In this document: in pieces, positions 35,176 through 37,676 of the stretch
Position numbering within the stretch: the stretch's first letter is position 1
Layout of the letters: every line of letters starts with the position of its first letter
Assembly: GCA_964626665.1 (NCBI GenBank)
Contig: CAZVGK010000031.1
Location: 1-37,676 of the forward strand
Length of the DNA: 37,676 nt
Reading direction: 5' to 3'
From: an uncultured Gemmatimonadota bacterium
GTDB lineage: Bacteria; SM23-81; DAOVCL01
Notes under the pieces: generated by a model
The model's database searches: none
What the model was told of the DNA's origin: nothing
What the model saw: the letters and a program-made list of their open reading frames with translations, nothing else
Position numbers and translations under genes: made by a program

Positions 35176-35889
35176 TCATTCTTCATAATTCCAGGTCCTA
35201 ATAGCCTCTACTACCTCCTCTGGCTCATCGACCATCCTGATAATATCGAAATCGCTCAGGGAGATCTTTCCCTCCTTCACCATCTTTCCCTTCATCCAGG
35301 CGACCAGACCAGACCAGTAATCCTTATCTACCACCACGATAGGGAAAGGTTTTATCTTATGGGTCTGAATCAGGGTCACCGATTCAAACAGTTCATCCAT
35401 AGTGCCAAATCCGCCGGGCATAATGACAAAGGCCCGAGCATACTTAACAAACATAACCTTTCTCACAAAGAAGTATCGGAAAGTTACTAAAGTGGTAATA
35501 TACTCATTGGGGGCCTGCTCCAGTGGGAGCTCAATATTCAATCCGATAGATTCTCCCCCACCCTCCATTGCCCCTTTATTGGCAGCCTCCATTACCCCAG
35601 GGCCACCTCCGGTTATCATACAGTATCCCTCCCTGACCAGAAGTTGGGCGATCTTCTCCGCCTTCTGATAGTCCCTATCCCCCGGCCTTACCCTGGATGA
35701 GCCAAACATAGTGACTGCAAGAGGGAAATGGGCCATAGCCTCAAATCCCTCCACAAACTCAGCCATAATCCTGAAAACTCTCCAGGTATCCTTGATGGTA
35801 AAGTCATCAATGAGATATTGACGCCCCTTGTTTATCCTTGATTTAGAAACAGCCTTTCTCTCTGAATAATTTGATTTCTTTCTCTTCAT
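35176..35889 (-). CDS. LOG-family nucleotide phosphoribohydrolase (TIGR00730-like)
   Basis: TGGGPGVMEAANKGA, FFVRKVMF, PGGFGTMDE; ATG 35889 after AAGGAG. Confidence 0.95.
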   Translation of the reverse strand: MKRKKSNYSERKAVSKSRINKGRQYLIDDFTIKDTWRVFRIMAEFVEGFEAMAHFPLAVTMFGSSRVRPGDRDYQKAEKIAQLLVREGYCMITGGGPGVMEAANKGAMEGGGESIGLNIELPLEQAPNEYITTLVTFRYFFVRKVMFVKYARAFVIMPGGFGTMDELFESVTLIQTHKIKPFPIVVVDKDYWSGLVAWMKGKMVKEGKISLSDFDIIRMVDEPEEVVEAIRTWNYEE

Positions 35890-35987
35890 ATCGTCTCCTT
35901 CCACTAAATGTCACAGTTTACCACGGAGTCTCACGGAATTACACGGAAGGCTTTTGTCCACGAATTCCCCCCTTCCGGGGGCTTCAA

Positions 35988-37334
35988 TCAGCCTCTGAGA
36001 AATAGATACCTAAGCAGGAAAAGAAAGGCAAAGAGGTGGATTATCCAGTTGACCTTCCTCCCCTGTCCGGTCAAAATCTTCAAGAAGGAATAGGAGATGA
36101 GGCCAAAGGCTATGCCCTCTGTGATGCTGAAGGTCAAGGGCATTACAATCAGGGACAAAAATGCCGGAAGGGCCTCGGTAGGATCATCCCACTCAATCTT
36201 CCTTACCTGTTTGAGCATCATACTACCCACAACTATCAGAGCCGGCGCTATCACCGGATATAGCTTAGCTCCGGAAGCTAGCCCATATCCTCCGCCGACC
36301 ATCTTGGCCAGGGGATAGAAGAAAAGGGCCATAAGCATCAAGGCACCGGTTACCATATTAGAAAGTCCAGTTCTCCCACCCTCGGCGACTCCTGCCGCGC
36401 TCTCTATATAGCTGGTTACAGTTGAAGTTCCCAAGAGAGCCCCGGACACTGTCCCCACAGCATCAGATAAGAGAGCCTGCCTGGCCCGGGGGAGTTTGCC
36501 TTCCTTGATGAAACCGGCCTGCCCACTTACCCCTATTAGTGTTCCAATGGTGTCGAAGAGATCCAGGAAGAAGAAGACGAAGATGATGGTAATGAAACCA
36601 CTTAGGTTAGCAAATACCCCTTCTAAGTCCAATTTCAGAAAAACGGGCGAAAGAGAGGGGGGAAAGCTAAGCAATCCTTGGTATTTAACCAAACCAAAGA
36701 GGAGCCCAACCAGGGCAGTAGCTATAATTCCTATGAGAATTGCCCCCCTTACCCGCAGGCTAATAAGGGTAAAGATCACGGCCAGGCCAAAGAGGGAGAG
36801 GAGCACGGGGGGACTCCCCAGTTCCCCCAGGCCAATGATGGTGCCTGGTTTAGCCACAACTATCCCCGCCCATTCCATCCCTATCACGGCAATAAGAAGA
36901 CCTATCCCCACTGCAATTCCATTTTTAAGCCCATCGGGAACAGCATTGACTATCTTCTCCCTTAGCCCCCAGAAGGAGAGAAGGATAAAAATGGAACCGG
37001 ATAGGAAGATGGCACCCAGGCCTAATTGCCAGGAATAACCTAATCCACCGGCAGCCGCGGCACCACAGACGGTAAAGGCGAAGTAGAAGTTATGACCCAT
37101 CGCCGGGGCCAGAGCTATAGGGTAGTTGGCCAGGATGCCCATAAGAAAGGTGGCCAAAGCCGATGCCAAACAGGTGGCTACCATCACGGCCCCAAAGTCC
37201 ATCCCCGTAGTAGAGAGCACCGCTGGCTGGACAAAGATTATGTAGGAAAGGGTCATAAAGGTGGTGACCCCAGCGATTACCTCCGTCCTTATATTGGTTT
37301 GCGCCTGAGCTAATTTAAAGATCCTCTCCCACAT
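35988..37334 (-). CDS. NCS2/AzgA-family purine permease
   Basis: EVIAGVTTFMT.SYI, ALAPAMG.N, DLFDTIGTL, TSYIESAAGV..GGRTGL, TFSI..G; RBS AGGAGG. Confidence 0.96.
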   Translation of the reverse strand: MWERIFKLAQAQTNIRTEVIAGVTTFMTLSYIIFVQPAVLSTTGMDFGAVMVATCLASALATFLMGILANYPIALAPAMGHNFYFAFTVCGAAAAGGLGYSWQLGLGAIFLSGSIFILLSFWGLREKIVNAVPDGLKNGIAVGIGLLIAVIGMEWAGIVVAKPGTIIGLGELGSPPVLLSLFGLAVIFTLISLRVRGAILIGIIATALVGLLFGLVKYQGLLSFPPSLSPVFLKLDLEGVFANLSGFITIIFVFFFLDLFDTIGTLIGVSGQAGFIKEGKLPRARQALLSDAVGTVSGALLGTSTVTSYIESAAGVAEGGRTGLSNMVTGALMLMALFFYPLAKMVGGGYGLASGAKLYPVIAPALIVVGSMMLKQVRKIEWDDPTEALPAFLSLIVMPLTFSITEGIAFGLISYSFLKILTGQGRKVNWIIHLFAFLFLLRYLFLRG

Positions 37335-37529
37335 CTTTACCTCCTAAACTTTACGCCTTCGGCGGGACTTTTCTGACAGGATGAACAGGATTCACAGGAT
37401 TTTCATCCTAATCTCTCTAAGAAAACACCGAAAACACCGAAAAATTATAATGCATTTAGCCTGAATTATTCATAAACTGATAGCGGATTGAGGTAATCTC
37501 TTGGGATCAGCGGGATTCTGTATTCTCAT

Positions 37530-37589
37530 GTAGGGATAGACCTTTAGGTCTGTCCGCTCCCTCGGACAAGTCCAAAGACTTGTCCCTAC
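37530..37589. repeat. GTAG-type REP doublet
   Basis: GTAGGGATAGACC..AGGTCTGTCC...GGACAAGTC...GACTTGTCCCTAC. Confidence 0.7.
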
Positions 37590-37676
37590 GATTAAAAGCT
37601 CCTCACGATGCTAGGTATTACTACATTAGTATCGGCTATTACCAGAATGAAGGGAATTAAGTGATACCTAGTTGAG

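Noticed and set aside
24216-37313. Numerous 60-180-aa plus-strand ORFs
   Set aside because: Antisense shadows of well-supported minus-strand genes, or translations of palindromic repeats.
37335-37676. Purine riboswitch upstream of the permease
   Set aside because: The conserved aptamer core is not visible; the region consists of short repeats and a REP doublet.

Overview
Bacterial chromosomal window, probably from an FCB-group candidate lineage such as Zixibacteria or KSB1 (inferred from repeated 'NYPNPFN...IYFYRL' C-terminal sorting domains). Positions 1-4100 are a decayed accessory patch: IS4 remnant, truncated ParE-like toxin with a broken attC-like site, a MITE, an unusual multidomain secreted protein, a candidate structured RNA and a BstYI-like fragment. 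tpiA-secG-tRNA-Leu(GAG) follow. A 15,460-bp element is integrated in the tRNA, bounded by 53-bp direct repeats (5339-5391 / 20799-20851), with all supported genes on the minus strand. It encodes a tyrosine integrase, excisionase-like HTH, PC4-like protein, primase-helicase, small-terminase-like HTH protein plus an HTH-less paralog, and an MqsR / MqsA-Panacea toxin-antitoxin pair, with no recognisable capsid, portal or large terminase, so it looks like a phage satellite. Its most unusual gene is a 1031-aa podovirus nozzle-like protein with a DUF2341+LamG insert. The element also has a C4/CI-like leader RNA and a strand-specific 25-bp RNA helix with a 9-bp pseudoknot-type pairing. The right part holds a frameshifted secreted-protein gene, a membrane protein, a lipoprotein, a TANFOR-like/FN3/beta-barrel operon bracketed by 72-bp direct repeats, and MerR, DUF4412-like, LOG and NCS2 permease genes amid many REP-like palindromes. 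All family assignments are by-eye motif recognition, not database searches.
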